Shown here piece after piece: positions 1 through 12,112 of a stretch of DNA of 64,000 nt. Numbering within the stretch: the stretch's first letter is position 1; the number at the start of each line of letters is the position of its first letter. The DNA is taken from IMG/VR virus record IMGVR_UViG_3300031521_001337, positions 1 through 64,000 of that record; one strand, written 5' to 3'. The position numbers were made by a program, and so were the translations under genes. A model generated the notes under the pieces. That model was not told where the DNA came from and did not search any database. It was given only the letters and a program-made list of their open reading frames with translations.

Positions 1-1082
1 TCATCGAGCCACCGGTAACTTTTCAGGTAGACCGCGTGGATCAGATTGAATACCTGCCTGCCGTATTGCGTAACCTGCACTTTATCCGCAAAAAGCTCGA
101 CTTCGAATGGGCATTGGTTACCAATCAGGACGGTTTGGGAACACCGGTATATCCACAGGAAAACTTCGATCAGGTACAAGCCAGCTTTCTGAAGACACTT
201 GCAAACGAGGATATTCATTTCGATAAGATATTCATCGATATATCTTTCCCCGAAGATAATTTACCAACACGCAAGCCGGGCACTGCCATGCTTACCGAAT
301 ATTTCACCGAAGCCTACGATTTAGAAGGCTCATTTGTTATTGGCGACCGCTATACAGATGTTGAATTAGCCAAAAATATGGGCTGCAAAGCTATTTTCAT
401 CAGCACCGACGAGGAGATATTGAAGGAAAAAGGACTGACAGCCTACTGCGCATTGCAAACTACCGACTGGAACCGCATCACCGAGTTCCTCTTTGCAGGT
501 GAACGCACTGCCACGGTAAAACGTACCACCAAAGAAACCGATATCCTTATCGAACTGAACTTAGACGGTTCCGGAAAATGCAACATCAACACCGGACTGA
601 AATTTTTCGACCACATGTTGGAACAAATAGGTAAACACTCCGGTTCCGATTTGACCATTCAGGTGAAAGGCGATCTTGAAGTAGACGAGCATCACACCAT
701 CGAAGATACTGCTATTGCGTTAGGCGAAGCGTTTGGCAAGGCATTGGGCAATAAACGTGGCGTAGAACGTTACGGGTTCTATTTACCCATGGACGACTGC
801 TTGTGCTCTGTGGCTCTCGACTTTGGTGGACGTGCCTGGTTAGTGTACGATGCTGAATTTAAACGCGAATATGTGGGCGATTTACCTACCGAAATGGTAC
901 TCCATTTCTTCAAATCATTCAGCGACGCTGCAAAAATGAATCTGAACATTAAAGCCGAAGGCGATAACGAACATCACAAAATTGAAGGTATATTTAAAGC
1001 ATTAGCCAAATCAATCAAAATGGCTGTAAAACGGGATATCTACCAATATGAATTGCCTTCTACCAAGGGAACGATCTTTTAG
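1..1082 (+). CDS. hisB: Bifunctional histidinol-phosphatase / imidazoleglycerol-phosphate dehydratase (5'-truncated by window), host gene
   Basis: Frame is open from position 3 ([10 protein letters not shown]...). HAD motifs TNQDG, RKP and GDRYTD; IGPD motifs [14 protein letters not shown] and NEHHKIE; C-terminal LPSTKG. GC is visibly higher than downstream DNA. Confidence 0.97.
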   Translation, partial: IEPPVTFQVDRVDQIEYLPAVLRNLHFIRKKLDFEWALVTNQDGLGTPVYPQENFDQVQASFLKTLANEDIHFDKIFIDISFPEDNLPTRKPGTAMLTEYFTEAYDLEGSFVIGDRYTDVELAKNMGCKAIFISTDEEILKEKGLTAYCALQTTDWNRITEFLFAGERTATVKRTTKETDILIELNLDGSGKCNINTGLKFFDHMLEQIGKHSGSDLTIQVKGDLEVDEHHTIEDTAIALGEAFGKALGNKRGVERYGFYLPMDDCLCSVALDFGGRAWLVYDAEFKREYVGDLPTEMVLHFFKSFSDAAKMNLNIKAEGDNEHHKIEGIFKALAKSIKMAVKRDIYQYELPSTKGTIF

Positions 1083-1194
1083 TAGTTTGTAATGTCTTAT
1101 AAATAAATGAGTTACACCGAAATGTTTTTTAAACTTTTTTATTAGCTCCTACCCTATTGTAGATATATAATACAAATTCAATACTACCTAAAAC

Positions 1195-1233
1195 AAAAAA
1201 GCCAACTACATTAACCCTGTAATTGGCTTTTTT
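1195..1233. terminator. Bidirectional intrinsic terminator
   Basis: aaaaaagccaa...ttggctttttt hairpin with A/T tails on both sides. Confidence 0.7.
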
Positions 1234-1437
1234 GACTTCAATATGCTGGTTTTGAGGTTTACGATTTTTGAAAAAATACTGTTTGCGTAAAGAAGGGAGG
1301 GGTGAGGTTTACTCCATTAGTTAATAACATTTTGACCCCATACCCCCTACAGATAGGTTTGAGGGTTGACTAGTAAGTCTAACCACCTAATTGTCAATAT
1401 GTTTTACAAGTAAAACAACTGATTGTGATAACAATTT

Positions 1438-1592
1438 CAAATGATACGCAAAAAATCTCAAATGATACGTCGGAATTTTCAAATGATACGCTCGAGTTTG
1501 TATGAAAACAGTTAAGTTATTGTGACACAGCGAATTACAAGGTTTCCATATACTTAATATATACTTAATAATTCTATACTTAATGTGGCTGT
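1438..1592 (+). repeat. 155-bp direct repeat copy 1 (iteron origin-like)
   Basis: Matches 34327-34481 with 2 mismatches. CAAATGATACG x3 at 21-bp spacing (1438, 1459, 1480) and TATACTTAAT x3 (1549, 1560, 1575). Confidence 0.95.
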
Positions 1593-1617
1593 ATTCAACA
1601 CATAACGGACTACAAAC

Positions 1618-1651
1618 AAAAAAGGCTGCTACATAATTGTAACAGCCTTTT
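1618..1651 (-). terminator. Intrinsic terminator after 1673..2296
   Basis: aaaaaggctg...cagcctttt hairpin. Confidence 0.7.
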
Positions 1652-1672
1652 AAATTTGGATTGATTTATTGA

Positions 1673-2296
1673 TTAGTCTTCTAATTCAATATCAATACTT
1701 GTATAATCTTCTGAATCTTCTGGATCAATATCATTACAATCAGTAGAATTACTAACTAAATATTTATTAATTAGATCATATTCTTTACTACCTCTTTCGC
1801 AATCTTGACTGATTGTCAACAATTTCTTTGCATCAAGTTCAGTTATATCTTTACCGATAACCAGTTCTGCTTCACGTCTTACTACTTCTCTAACTACTAT
1901 TTTAATTGTTTTACCTTCCATAATGTTGTTTGTTGTTTGTACTGTTTGGTCGTTTTCTTTACCAAATACTAAATTAATGTCGAAAATATCACCCTCTGCT
2001 AAAGAACTATATAATGCAGGTGGCATTATATTTCTACCAGTAATAGCTTTTAAGGCACTAATAAACTCATCTGACTTTGCTATTTCGTCTAAAATAGGTT
2101 GTAATAACGCTTCTAATTTAGGTGTAAATGTATGAGTACTTGTTAAGTATGTATTACTTATCATACCAGATATCATTGCACTCATTCTAATTTTATCTGA
2201 TTCCTCAGCTAAATTTTTAAAAACCATTTGTTTGATGTTTTTCTTAAAAACATCTTCTTGTCCAATTACAAAAATTTCACCCATAATATTAAGCAT
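1673..2296 (-). CDS. Hypothetical protein
   Basis: 207-aa ORF overlapping the upstream gene and followed by a terminator. Confidence 0.7.
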   Translation of the reverse strand: MLNIMGEIFVIGQEDVFKKNIKQMVFKNLAEESDKIRMSAMISGMISNTYLTSTHTFTPKLEALLQPILDEIAKSDEFISALKAITGRNIMPPALYSSLAEGDIFDINLVFGKENDQTVQTTNNIMEGKTIKIVVREVVRREAELVIGKDITELDAKKLLTISQDCERGSKEYDLINKYLVSNSTDCNDIDPEDSEDYTSIDIELED

Positions 2297-2582
2297 TTAA
2301 AAGGTTAATAATTTCTGCCTTCTCTTCTGCACTCATAGTACTTACAGAAGTCTTTAATGCTTCAATTCTTTGTGCTTTAATTTCGGCTTCTTTTTCAGCT
2401 TTCAATGCTGTTAAATTAGCTGTCCATTTCTCACACTTTTCAAGTTGTTCATCACACCTTTTTAGTAGCTCGTCAGATGTTAATAACTTACCAAATGAAG
2501 TACCATAAGAATCTATTGATTCTTTTCTCTGACCTACTTTTTTTACTTGTGCAGCATCTGCACTTTGAATATTTTTATTCAT
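2289..2582 (-). CDS. Hypothetical coiled-coil protein
   Basis: 97-aa ORF with a Bacteroidetes-type promoter upstream (TTTG-17nt-CACCTTTG, 2625-2653). Confidence 0.7.
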   Translation of the reverse strand: MNKNIQSADAAQVKKVGQRKESIDSYGTSFGKLLTSDELLKRCDEQLEKCEKWTANLTALKAEKEAEIKAQRIEALKTSVSTMSAEEKAEIINLLNA

Positions 2583-2694
2583 TTAAATAAAGCAATCTGT
2601 TTTAGTTTGTTTGTGATTGCGATACAAAGGTGCGACAATATGAAAAGCCCAAAAGTAATGGTTAAAATGGTCTAATTTACCTACCCCGCATTAA

Positions 2695-3564
2695 TTAATG
2701 CCACATAGCAGAATATTTATTAAATCTAAAGTCTTGTGTTTTGGTTTTAAACTCTCTATAACAGGACTTTAAATGTTCATCGCCATATAACCAATCTTCA
2801 TTATTATATATACCTGTAAGATATATTAATTTTGAAATAAAAGTAAATTTATTCAAAGATGCTATTTTATCTCCATTTTTAACAGGTTTATCTACAACAT
2901 ATTGTTTAAAGAAGTCAATCATTATTTTAGTGAATAGACAAATACGTGCATAATTTGGTGCATCTTTAGAATTACTTTCTTCAAGCTTAGCAGAATTTAA
3001 AACACTACCAGTTTTTAAACCGTTCAATTCCTCATCACATAACGAAGCCATTAAATAAATCGCTGTATTATTATCTATGACAATACTTTTTTTACCAATT
3101 TTCAACGTAATAGTAGCTTTCTGTTTAAATTCAATATCATTACCATTAATTTTACCTGTTGAATTATCATCTATAGCTTTTACAAATTTTTTCATTTGAC
3201 CAGCTGGACTTTCTTTTGCAACCAAACCACCTACACAATTAGTATATGCAAAATCAAATGCAAATAACAGAAAATACCAAAACTTTTTAGAATCTATATT
3301 AAACGCTTTTAATATGAGTTGTATATTTTTATCTTCTTCATCACCATTCATATAATCATTATAAGTAAAATTGGTTTTTATTGTACCTTGATTATAATTT
3401 TGCACAAAAGTATATAATCCATTCAATGAACACATTAACATACCATTTCCTTCAGCATCAAAATCTGCATCTGGAAGGTGCGTATAAACCATATTACATA
3501 CATATTCTAATAATGGTTCTTCTTCTATACAATCGTCTATATCAAACTGATCTACTACACTCAT
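2695..3564 (-). CDS. Hypothetical protein (standard code, TGG Trp only)
   Basis: Likely start MSVVDQF; TACTTTTG -7 element at 3583-3590. Confidence 0.7.
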   Translation of the reverse strand: MSVVDQFDIDDCIEEEPLLEYVCNMVYTHLPDADFDAEGNGMLMCSLNGLYTFVQNYNQGTIKTNFTYNDYMNGDEEDKNIQLILKAFNIDSKKFWYFLLFAFDFAYTNCVGGLVAKESPAGQMKKFVKAIDDNSTGKINGNDIEFKQKATITLKIGKKSIVIDNNTAIYLMASLCDEELNGLKTGSVLNSAKLEESNSKDAPNYARICLFTKIMIDFFKQYVVDKPVKNGDKIASLNKFTFISKLIYLTGIYNNEDWLYGDEHLKSCYREFKTKTQDFRFNKYSAMWH

Positions 3565-3590
3565 AATATTGTTATTTTTTGACAAAAGTA

Positions 3591-3625
3591 AAAAAAAGTC
3601 TGTAATCAACAAAGACTACAGACTT
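3591..3625 (-). terminator. Terminator closing the lysis cassette
   Basis: Minus strand aagtctgtagtc...gattacagacttttttt. Confidence 0.7.
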
Positions 3626-3630
3626 CAATA

Positions 3631-3837
3631 TTATTTACCAATCTTTTTATATTGGTAATCTACCCCAAACAAAGCACCTGCAAAGGTGCATATTTCCCCA
3701 AAGGCTACTAAAATACTGTTATGTATAACTCCAATGGGTACTACTCAAAAACCCATAAATAAAAGGCATATCCCAGCCAACACCAATACACAAGCTACTG
3801 CTAATTGTACGTTCAATTTTGTTTCTTTCAAATTCAT
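3631..3837 (-). CDS. Small two-TM holin-like protein (1 in-frame TGA=Trp); absent from ORF track
   Basis: MNLKETKLNVQLAVACVLVLAGICLLFMGF[W]VVPIGVIHNSILVAFGEICTFAGALFGVDYQYKKIGK; resembles Bacteroidetes phage lysis-cassette membrane proteins. Confidence 0.8.
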
Positions 3838-3858
3838 TACTTACTTTTTTATTTGTTT

Positions 3859-4452
3859 CTATTTTAACACCTTTATAAATCGAAAGTCTTTTACCTCTGA
3901 ATGAGGATTTAGTTCTTTCACTTCTATAACCTGTATTGTTTGTTTTTTCTGGAACAACCTTCACAAAAAGAATTTCTTTGGTGGTTTTATTGTTTCACGC
4001 TTATCATAAGTAATTGCTATTACTTCATTTCTTACTTTCAAATCTACATTAAGCGTATCTGGTGCTTTAAATTTCAAATCTAGGCTGTACCATTCATCAC
4101 CAGTTTTAGCTTCATAATCACGAATAAACACACTGTCTTTTAATGTTACAGTATCTTTTATTTGTGTTTGGGAATTTATAAAAACCGTTTCAGTTACCTT
4201 TTTAGGTTTAAGTTTTAATTCACCTATCAACGTTTTTACTTTTAAATCAGATGAATCTTTACTATCCTTCAAATCAGCTAAAGTAAATTGATAAACTACG
4301 TTCTTTCTAACTGATGCTTTATAGTTATTGGTAGCCGTTTTTAGCTCCTCATTCAGTTGTTTTGTGTGGTTATATGAAAACCACAATAAAACCCCACAAA
4401 TCAAAGCTATTGAAGCCAGCAGTATAATTAAATATTTCTTTATTGCTATCAT
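3859..4452 (-). CDS. DUF6549-like, spanin-like lysis protein (1 TGA=Trp)
   Basis: N-terminal TM plus coiled coil; read-through gives PPKKFFL[W]RLFQKKQTIQVIEVKELNPH, ending TAG at 3859. Confidence 0.75.
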
Positions 4453-4838
4453 TACGTTTTTATTAGTTGTTTCTTATTATCACCTTCTCTATATTCTATG
4501 TGAACTCAGGCAAAATTATGTTCATCTATCAACTGTCTAAACTCAAAATGTTCTTTTATTAGCTTATAAAGTAAAGCATTATCATCACAATCTAAATCAG
4601 CACAAGTACCTAATAAATGACCAGAAGTACTTACACCACCAACCGCTTTATTTACATCTGGACTTCTAAAACCGCTGTTAATTTTAATTGGTTTACCATA
4701 CAATTCCCTCAAAGGATCTAACACATTTGTAACTAATCTTTGCAGATTAGCTACTTGTGTTTCATTAGGAATATTTACTATCTTTTTATCTGTATGAACT
4801 AGTTCTTCATACGTGAATCATTTTGATACTATTTTCAT
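4452..4838 (-). CDS. Endolysin, peptidase M15A (2 TGA=Trp)
   Basis: LDPLRELYGKPIKINSGFRS, SGHLLGTCAD; read-through restores the catalytic [W]VHIEY motif. Confidence 0.9.
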
Positions 4839-4855
4839 ATTACATTTATTTGATA

Positions 4856-5890
4856 TTATTGTAATGGTGGTTGATTTGAAACGATAGCTGAGTAAGTTTG
4901 TGACCATCCATCATTATTAAAATTCACTCTATAATAGATTGTTGAACCTACAGAAAATTTTGATATTGCACTTGATAAATCAAAATATGCTGAGCCACTT
5001 TGTACTGATGTTCCTGGACTTGTAGTATTAGCATTACAAGTAGCTGATGTGTTAGTTAGGAACTCATTAGTAGTAAAATTAGAATCTGATGCAATTTCAA
5101 ATTTGATATTTACATTATTGTTTTGAACCCTCAAATCACCTAAAATATTTAATGATGCAATTATACCCGAATTACCTGTTTTTCTATATGCAAAGAAAGT
5201 CAAATCTGTATATCTCATTGAATTTGTCCAAGGGTCTGATGGTATTACTACAGAAAAAATATAACATTCACCATCTCCATTATTAGAGATTGCATCAATA
5301 CCACTTATCCATCTTCTATCGGGTGAACTCTTATGTACAACTTTAAACCAAGCTGTTGAACCAACAGTTAAAGCACTACCACCATCGGGTGGGCTTTGTG
5401 GGTTAATTTGAAATTGAAAATATGGGTAATATCCTGTTTGGTCACTTATCATTTTTACAAAGTTTGTATGTACAAAATCATTACCATATCTATTAAAATA
5501 TACATCAAAAGTATGAGCAATTGTAACAGGTGTTTTTGTGCTCATATCTTCTTTTGCATATACTATAGGTAATCTCATATATATAGGTGAATAATAATTT
5601 ATTGAATCGCTAGTTTTATACCCATTGTTTCCAGTGAACGTTATCCAGTTGTGGTCATAATTTCTAAAAACCCCAAGCGGATAACCTTGTTTTGGGAAAA
5701 CTGTTTGATTTTCATTTTGTCTTTGATATGGTGTTTTTCCAAAGTATGCAGATTGTTCTTTATAATCGGGACTATTAAAACCATATTCATTAACTAATGA
5801 ACTCAAACACAATGTTGATACATTATGAGTATTTAAACCTAGTTCTTGCCCTACTAATGTAGTAGTAATATTTGTTGATGGTAATGCCAT
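4856..5890 (-). CDS. Tail-associated protein
   Basis: MALPSTNITTTLVGQELG N-terminus typical of genes following Bacteroidetes phage fibres. Confidence 0.6.
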   Translation of the reverse strand: MALPSTNITTTLVGQELGLNTHNVSTLCLSSLVNEYGFNSPDYKEQSAYFGKTPYQRQNENQTVFPKQGYPLGVFRNYDHNWITFTGNNGYKTSDSINYYSPIYMRLPIVYAKEDMSTKTPVTIAHTFDVYFNRYGNDFVHTNFVKMISDQTGYYPYFQFQINPQSPPDGGSALTVGSTAWFKVVHKSSPDRRWISGIDAISNNGDGECYIFSVVIPSDPWTNSMRYTDLTFFAYRKTGNSGIIASLNILGDLRVQNNNVNIKFEIASDSNFTTNEFLTNTSATCNANTTSPGTSVQSGSAYFDLSSAISKFSVGSTIYYRVNFNNDGWSQTYSAIVSNQPPLQ

Positions 5891-5891
5891 A

Positions 5892-8800
5892 TTATTTATT
5901 TTTTAAAGTATTTATTTCTTGTGTTAGTTCTTGAATTGCTCCGATTAAATATGGTATTAACTTGATATAATCAACTGATAAAAATTCATCGTTATAAATG
6001 TTATGTACTAGGTTTGGAAGTACTTCTTTTAATTGCTGAGCAATAACACCAACATCTGTTTTTTCATCCTTATTTGGGTTTAATTCTTTAGCTTTTTCAT
6101 TCCAATTATATTGCACTGGATTTAATTTATTGATTACGTCCAAAGAATTATTTAATGGTTGAATGTTTTCTTTTAACCGTTCATCAGATGCACTATAAGC
6201 TACTATTTCACCCGCTGCTATTACATTTCCATTTGAAATAAAATTACTAGCAGTAACATTACCATTGAAATGAGAATTATCACTTCCATCAATATAAAAT
6301 GGAGTTGTACCATCGGAAGCATTTCTAATTGAAAATCCAGTGTTTGAAATTCCTTGTATTGAATTTTTAATATAGTATTGCTTAACTCCTGCTTGTGAAC
6401 CTTGTAATTGTATTCTTGCCTCACCTCCAACATCATTTCTAATTAGCACAGCACTTTTGTTAATTAGAGCAATATCACCTGTTCCACTTTCAGCACTAAT
6501 ATATACTGCATTGCCAGTAAACTGTAAGTAACCTTGTCTAACTGTATTTGCTGAATTATAACCACTCAAATAAGCGGCATCAGCAATCATTTTTATTCCC
6601 TCACCTGCATAAGTATTAACAGTTCCAGTTGCCATTAAAGTACCATTCACTGCCAACTTATACCCTTGGTCAGAAATATATCCAATCCCAGTATTACCAT
6701 TAGGGCTAATATAAAACCTCCCAATATCGGGTACTGTATTAGCACTTTGGGTTGATTGAGTAGTAATTGCAAAATCTCCATAAGACTGATAATCTGTATG
6801 TATGAACCATTTCCTAGAACTACCATTAGATACATTATGGTCAAATGATAACATTCCTACCCAACCTGAACCGCTAGGCAATGATAATCTTCCGTTAATT
6901 CCCATCCCACCATTAAGAACTAATGCTCCTGTTGATGGTGATAGTGATTGAGTTGTGTTTGGTATACTTACTACTCCATTACTTTCAATAGTCAATAAGG
7001 GAGTAGTTGCATAATTAAAAGTAAAGGCTTTGTTTCCCCACTGTCCAACAGAATTAAAAATCATTGACCCATAATTATCTCCACTACTAATAAAATAGTC
7101 AAAAGAAGAACCTGAACCAAATTTTAATTTACCTGAATAATTATTAGATGGTATATTAATAGCAAAATAATCACCTCTAGCTGATGCATTTGTCCCATCA
7201 TCACTTATCAAACTATTTACAAAATTACTCCCATTCCATTTAGGAATGTAGTTTGTTGATAAACTTGATAAATCTTGTGTAGCAATATTATTTACGCCAA
7301 TAAAATTTCTAATTTGAGTACTAGTAGCAGGACTCATTCTAGCATTAGGGGCATCGTATACCATTACATAACTTACCGTAGACGCAAAATCAGCGCCATA
7401 GTATTTTAAACCATTTACCATTTCAGCATTCAAATTCCCCACCATAGTAGTAGAATTTACAGTTAATGGTGCTGTTCCAGTTGCTACTGTTGATTGTAGT
7501 TGAGTTGCATTTACTGTAGAAGTAAAAGTTACTGCTCCTGTTTTACTTAACCTAAATCTTTCTGTATAAGTATGTGCAATAGCTTCTGTATTGTATGCTC
7601 TAGCATCAGAATAATCAATTACTAAATCAGTACCACTTCCACTGTATTTGTTGGCAATTCTATAAACTCTTTGGTCAGTTCCACCATCGGCATATAAGTA
7701 CATAGCACTACCATAATCAGAATCCAATGCTCTTAATTCAACACTATGATATGTTACACCAAATTTGCCTTTTCCATACGCTGTAACATCCCCACTAATC
7801 CACATATTTGCAGATTGTGCAGAGCTATTTTGGTTTAATATGTGGTCGTTATTGTTGGTATAAGCCGATGAACCTAGACCTAACCAAGATTGTATTTGAT
7901 TTTGTGTAAAATTATAAACATATCCGTTAGAGTAACCTCCTAGTAAATTAGTAGGTACGGATTGATTAGCAGTTCCATTATATACTGTTCCTAGTGTTAT
8001 ACTAGAGCCTAAAGTCCCACTAGAAGATACAAAGTCTCCAGTGTTACTACTGGCTGCTGAACCGAATGTTCTAGTAGGTAGTGGAGTATAACCTAAAGCA
8101 GTAGTAACCATTCCTGAGTTGATACCAGTTATCCATCCACCGTAGTTACCAAGATTATTATTAAATTGACTGAGATTAGTTGGAAAATCACTAACCTGCG
8201 ACTTAGTAATGCTTATGCCAGTAGATTTATTCCATGCAATAAATATAGGGTCAGTTTCAGTAAAACTAGATAAATAGTTATGTGTATGAGTAGTTATTAG
8301 TCCAGTAAGAACTCCTTCAACTTGGGATTTAGTTATACTAGAAATATAACCACTAGGATTTGTAGAATTATAGGGAGTGTATCCTAATGCTGTAGTAACT
8401 TGAGTTCCAGTTATACCAGTAAGATATCCATATCCAGTCCAAGGAGTACCAGTAACAAATGAACCATAATTACCTAAATCATTAGTAAATTGAGATAATA
8501 ATGTAGGTTTAGAAGTTATTTCTGAATAAGCGTAGCTTGGTTTTGTAGAAGCTTTAGCTCATGAATAAACATCACTAGCTGGTAAAGTTGTAGGATAATC
8601 TGGTAAACCATATCCACTAGTTGTGGTAGGATGGCTACCTGAGTATCAATATCCAACTGATGTTCATGGAGTTCCAGAAACATATGATGTATTATCATAA
8701 GTAATAGAAGTTCCAGACATTCTAACTAGACCAGTACCATTTAATTGAGCTTGAGCTCCAATATCTAATAAAGTTAATCCATGTGGATTACCGCTATTTA

Positions 8801-10631
8801 TTTGTGAATGATCATAAGCAATTTTTCCACGATCTCCTCTATATGCTGTTGCTGAAGTTTCTCCTAAAGCTAAAGATGAGCTGATAATAGCATAAGTAGT
8901 TCCACCTCATCTATAAGTTAAATTAGTGGTTGTGTCTATGTATATCTTACCAGATTCTCCAACTGTAGGAAATAAACTTATAGAAGTATATTCTAATACA
9001 TCATCTACATAAGATGGTAATTGTGAATTTTTTACAAAGCCATTTGAATCAAGTTCTGCCAATCCATTATTAGCTCCTTTTAATGATACATCTAATTTTA
9101 AATCTAATGCACTTTGTGTAGCAGTAGATATTGGTTTCAATAAATCTGATGTATTATCTACATTATCTAAACCTACAGCAGCCTTATTTAAAGGTTGGAA
9201 TGTTTTATCACCTCTTCAGTAATCAGTAATTAATCCTGATGTTATATTAGGTTCTTTAGTATTTAAAGCTAATTGAGTTAAGATTGATATAGGTTTGTCT
9301 ATATCTCTAGTATTATCTACTTGACTTAATCCAATTTGTGCTTTAGTTGTAAAGTGAGGATTATTTGTATTAGTAATGTGAGCTTGTATATTAGCATTAG
9401 CTGGTTCTTTAGTAGCTAATTTAATATTGTTATTAGCAATAGTTTCATAAGGTGTTAAATCTTGATCATCACTATGAGCTACGTGTATTTTAGCAATATC
9501 TACATTTAATACTAAAGAATATCCAGGAATTTTTACAACTAATCCAGATAGATCTTGATCATCACTATGTGGTGCATGTAAATTTGTCTTTTCTGAATCA
9601 GTTACATAATTATCATCAGTTCCTTTTTTAGGTTCTGCATAATTTTGAACATAAGTTTCAGTTGCTAATCCTGTTATACTTGGAATATTAGGTTTATTTA
9701 ATATTAAAGTATCTCCACTAGTTGCATTTCAATCAGCATTTACATTTGCTTCTGCTCCAGTTTGAATTCCATCTAATTTATTTTTATATGTATTAGTAAA
9801 ATCATTAGTAGATAATCCTTTTCCAGTTTCTTTTGGTTGTAATACTGATAAATCTTGATCTCCAGTATTCTTACCACTTACTAAATCTAATGCTGCTTTA
9901 TTACTATGTAAATGTGTTTCTAAGAACGCGGAATCATAAGCAGCTTTTAATTCATCTGTTAAATCATTAGTACTTAATCCTTTTCCGAGAATTTTATCAA
10001 CTTTAGTTCCTAATGCTGCATATAATCCTTCTACTTCTCCAGTAGATAATGGAGCATTTAAATATAAATGAATCAAAGCATTAGTAATCGTTTTAACTAA
10101 TATTGCAAAATCATCTTGCATATAATAATTTGGGTCACTATTAAATCTCATCATTACTTCTGATAAGTATTGTAATAATTCAAACAAACTATTAATTTGA
10201 GGAAGTAATGTTGGATCGGATGGAAATAAACTTCCAGATCCTGGTGTGATACTTGGGATTGCATTTACAGATTCATATGATCCTAATACATCATTATTAC
10301 TTGGTGAATTAGTATTCAATGATAAATCTGTAGGAACTGCATTATCGTATACCGGAATATCAGTATTTAATAACATCCCATTATTTTGTATAGTAGGTGT
10401 TACTACTATTTCATTTGAAAGATTATTGAATTCTGTTGTATTCAAATCTAATAATGATGGATTATTCTGAGATTCATGTTGAATGAATTCAGAATTTAAT
10501 AAAGTAACAGTTAAAGTAGTTGATATAATATCGCTATCTTTAACTGTTACTTCATCTGGTACATCAGTTACTATTAAATTATCTACTGTAGGAATTACAA
10601 TATCTGTTAATAGTATATTGCTTTGTATCAT
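5892..10631 (-). CDS. Long tail fibre (about 1579 aa) with C-terminal peptidase S74 chaperone domain; 6 TGA=Trp
   Basis: Track ORFs 9729..10631, 8907..9140 and 5892..8111 are one frame joined only by TGA: NVNAD[W]NATSG, DY[W]RGDKT, TYR[W]GG, PASDVYS[W]AK. Ends with SDERLKENI...GVIAQ. Confidence 0.9.
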
Positions 10632-10653
10632 TTATTTATTTTAAAATATATAA

Positions 10654-12111
10654 TTATTTTGGAATATATCTACAAGTTATATGTGACCCTGGGGTATCAA
10701 TTAAATATATTGTATTTGCATCAAAATAAGAAACAACGTATGATACACCCGAATCTTCGTAAACCTGTAAGTTAAATATATCTTTTGGTTCTTTAGATAA
10801 AACGAATTCAGTATTAACAGAATCTGTAGCACCAGTTGGAGTTTCTTGTATTATATTTTTAGGTGGAATATATTCACTTATAATATCCCATTTATTACTA
10901 ATTCTATTAGTTATTAATGTTATAGAACTATTAGGTGGAATTTGATAAGGTACTCCATGTCCTAAATTTTCAATTTGCGCATCAAGATCTAAAACCAGTA
11001 TATTACTAACATTTGTAGAATTTTCATTCTTAAATATTAATTGTTTTCCGTCAACAACATCATTTATTACTGGTAATCATAAGTTAATATTTGTACCATT
11101 TGTTATTATTATGTCATAAGTATTTAAAACATCAAAAACACCAGCTTCAGTAAAGTTAATAATTACAGGATTTTTTATTGGCAACCCATCTATAATATCT
11201 GCATTAATTCTTTTATTATCTTTTGGTTTAATATGAATAGGATCTTCTCCATTTATAAGATTATAAACAGTATTTTCATCATTATTGTACGCAGCTACAG
11301 CCCCTTCTGTACCACTAAAATCAGAACCAATTAAATCACCATTTTGATAATGGGTTGTAGCTAAATTCTGTTGTAATCAAACTTGATTACCAATAGTTAC
11401 TGAATGATAAGTAATTCCATCAATTACAATACTACCTTCATTAATTGAATTATCTTTAATAAGTCTAATTGATCTTCCAGTTTCTTTTATACTTGGAACA
11501 CTTAATAAAACATATGCATTATCATTACTAATATCAATTAGTTTACCTTCTGAATTACTATATTCATCATAAGCTCAAAAACCCAAATGTCTATTTATTA
11601 AATAAAATGAACCATCTGTATCTCTTACTCCTGAACCTCTAGCATTAAAATTAACACTATTAGAAGCATCTACATTTGGACTTTCTCAATAAGTATTTCC
11701 TGTTTCTTTTAATTTTCCACCTGAAACATCATCTCCACCTAAAAAATTACTTAATGTTTGAAAATCAGATAAAGTTGGAATATGTCAACCACTAGGTGCT
11801 ATACTTCTAGAATCTATTACAATATATCAATTATAAAGTCTTCCATATTTAACATCTTGGACTAACATTGTAGATTGTTCTCATTTACTTGTATCTCCAC
11901 CACTACCATATTCTTTAACTATTAAATCAACATCTTCTAACCCGTTTCTAAATCAATATTCAACTCCGTTAATATTTAAAGTTAATTTATCATGTCTATA
12001 TGGACGAGGTACATTAATTAACCCCTCTTCAATTGTTTCTCAAGGACCGTATCTATCATCAATAGATTTTGGTGCTCGTATTTGTAAGTTATCATTAAAA
12101 TCTATTGCCAT
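10654..12111 (-). CDS. Virion protein with Fib_succ_major (FISUMP) domain, 485 aa, 9 TGA=Trp; absent from ORF track
   Basis: YGRLYN[W]Y, APSG[W]HIPT, GGKLKETGNTY[W]ESPN, IGNQV[W]LQQNL. Confidence 0.88.
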
Positions 12112-12112
12112 A

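Noticed and set aside
1438-1490. CRISPR array from CAAATGATACG repeats
   Set aside because: An 11-bp unit with 10-bp spacers and a 21-bp period fits iterons; no cas genes are present.
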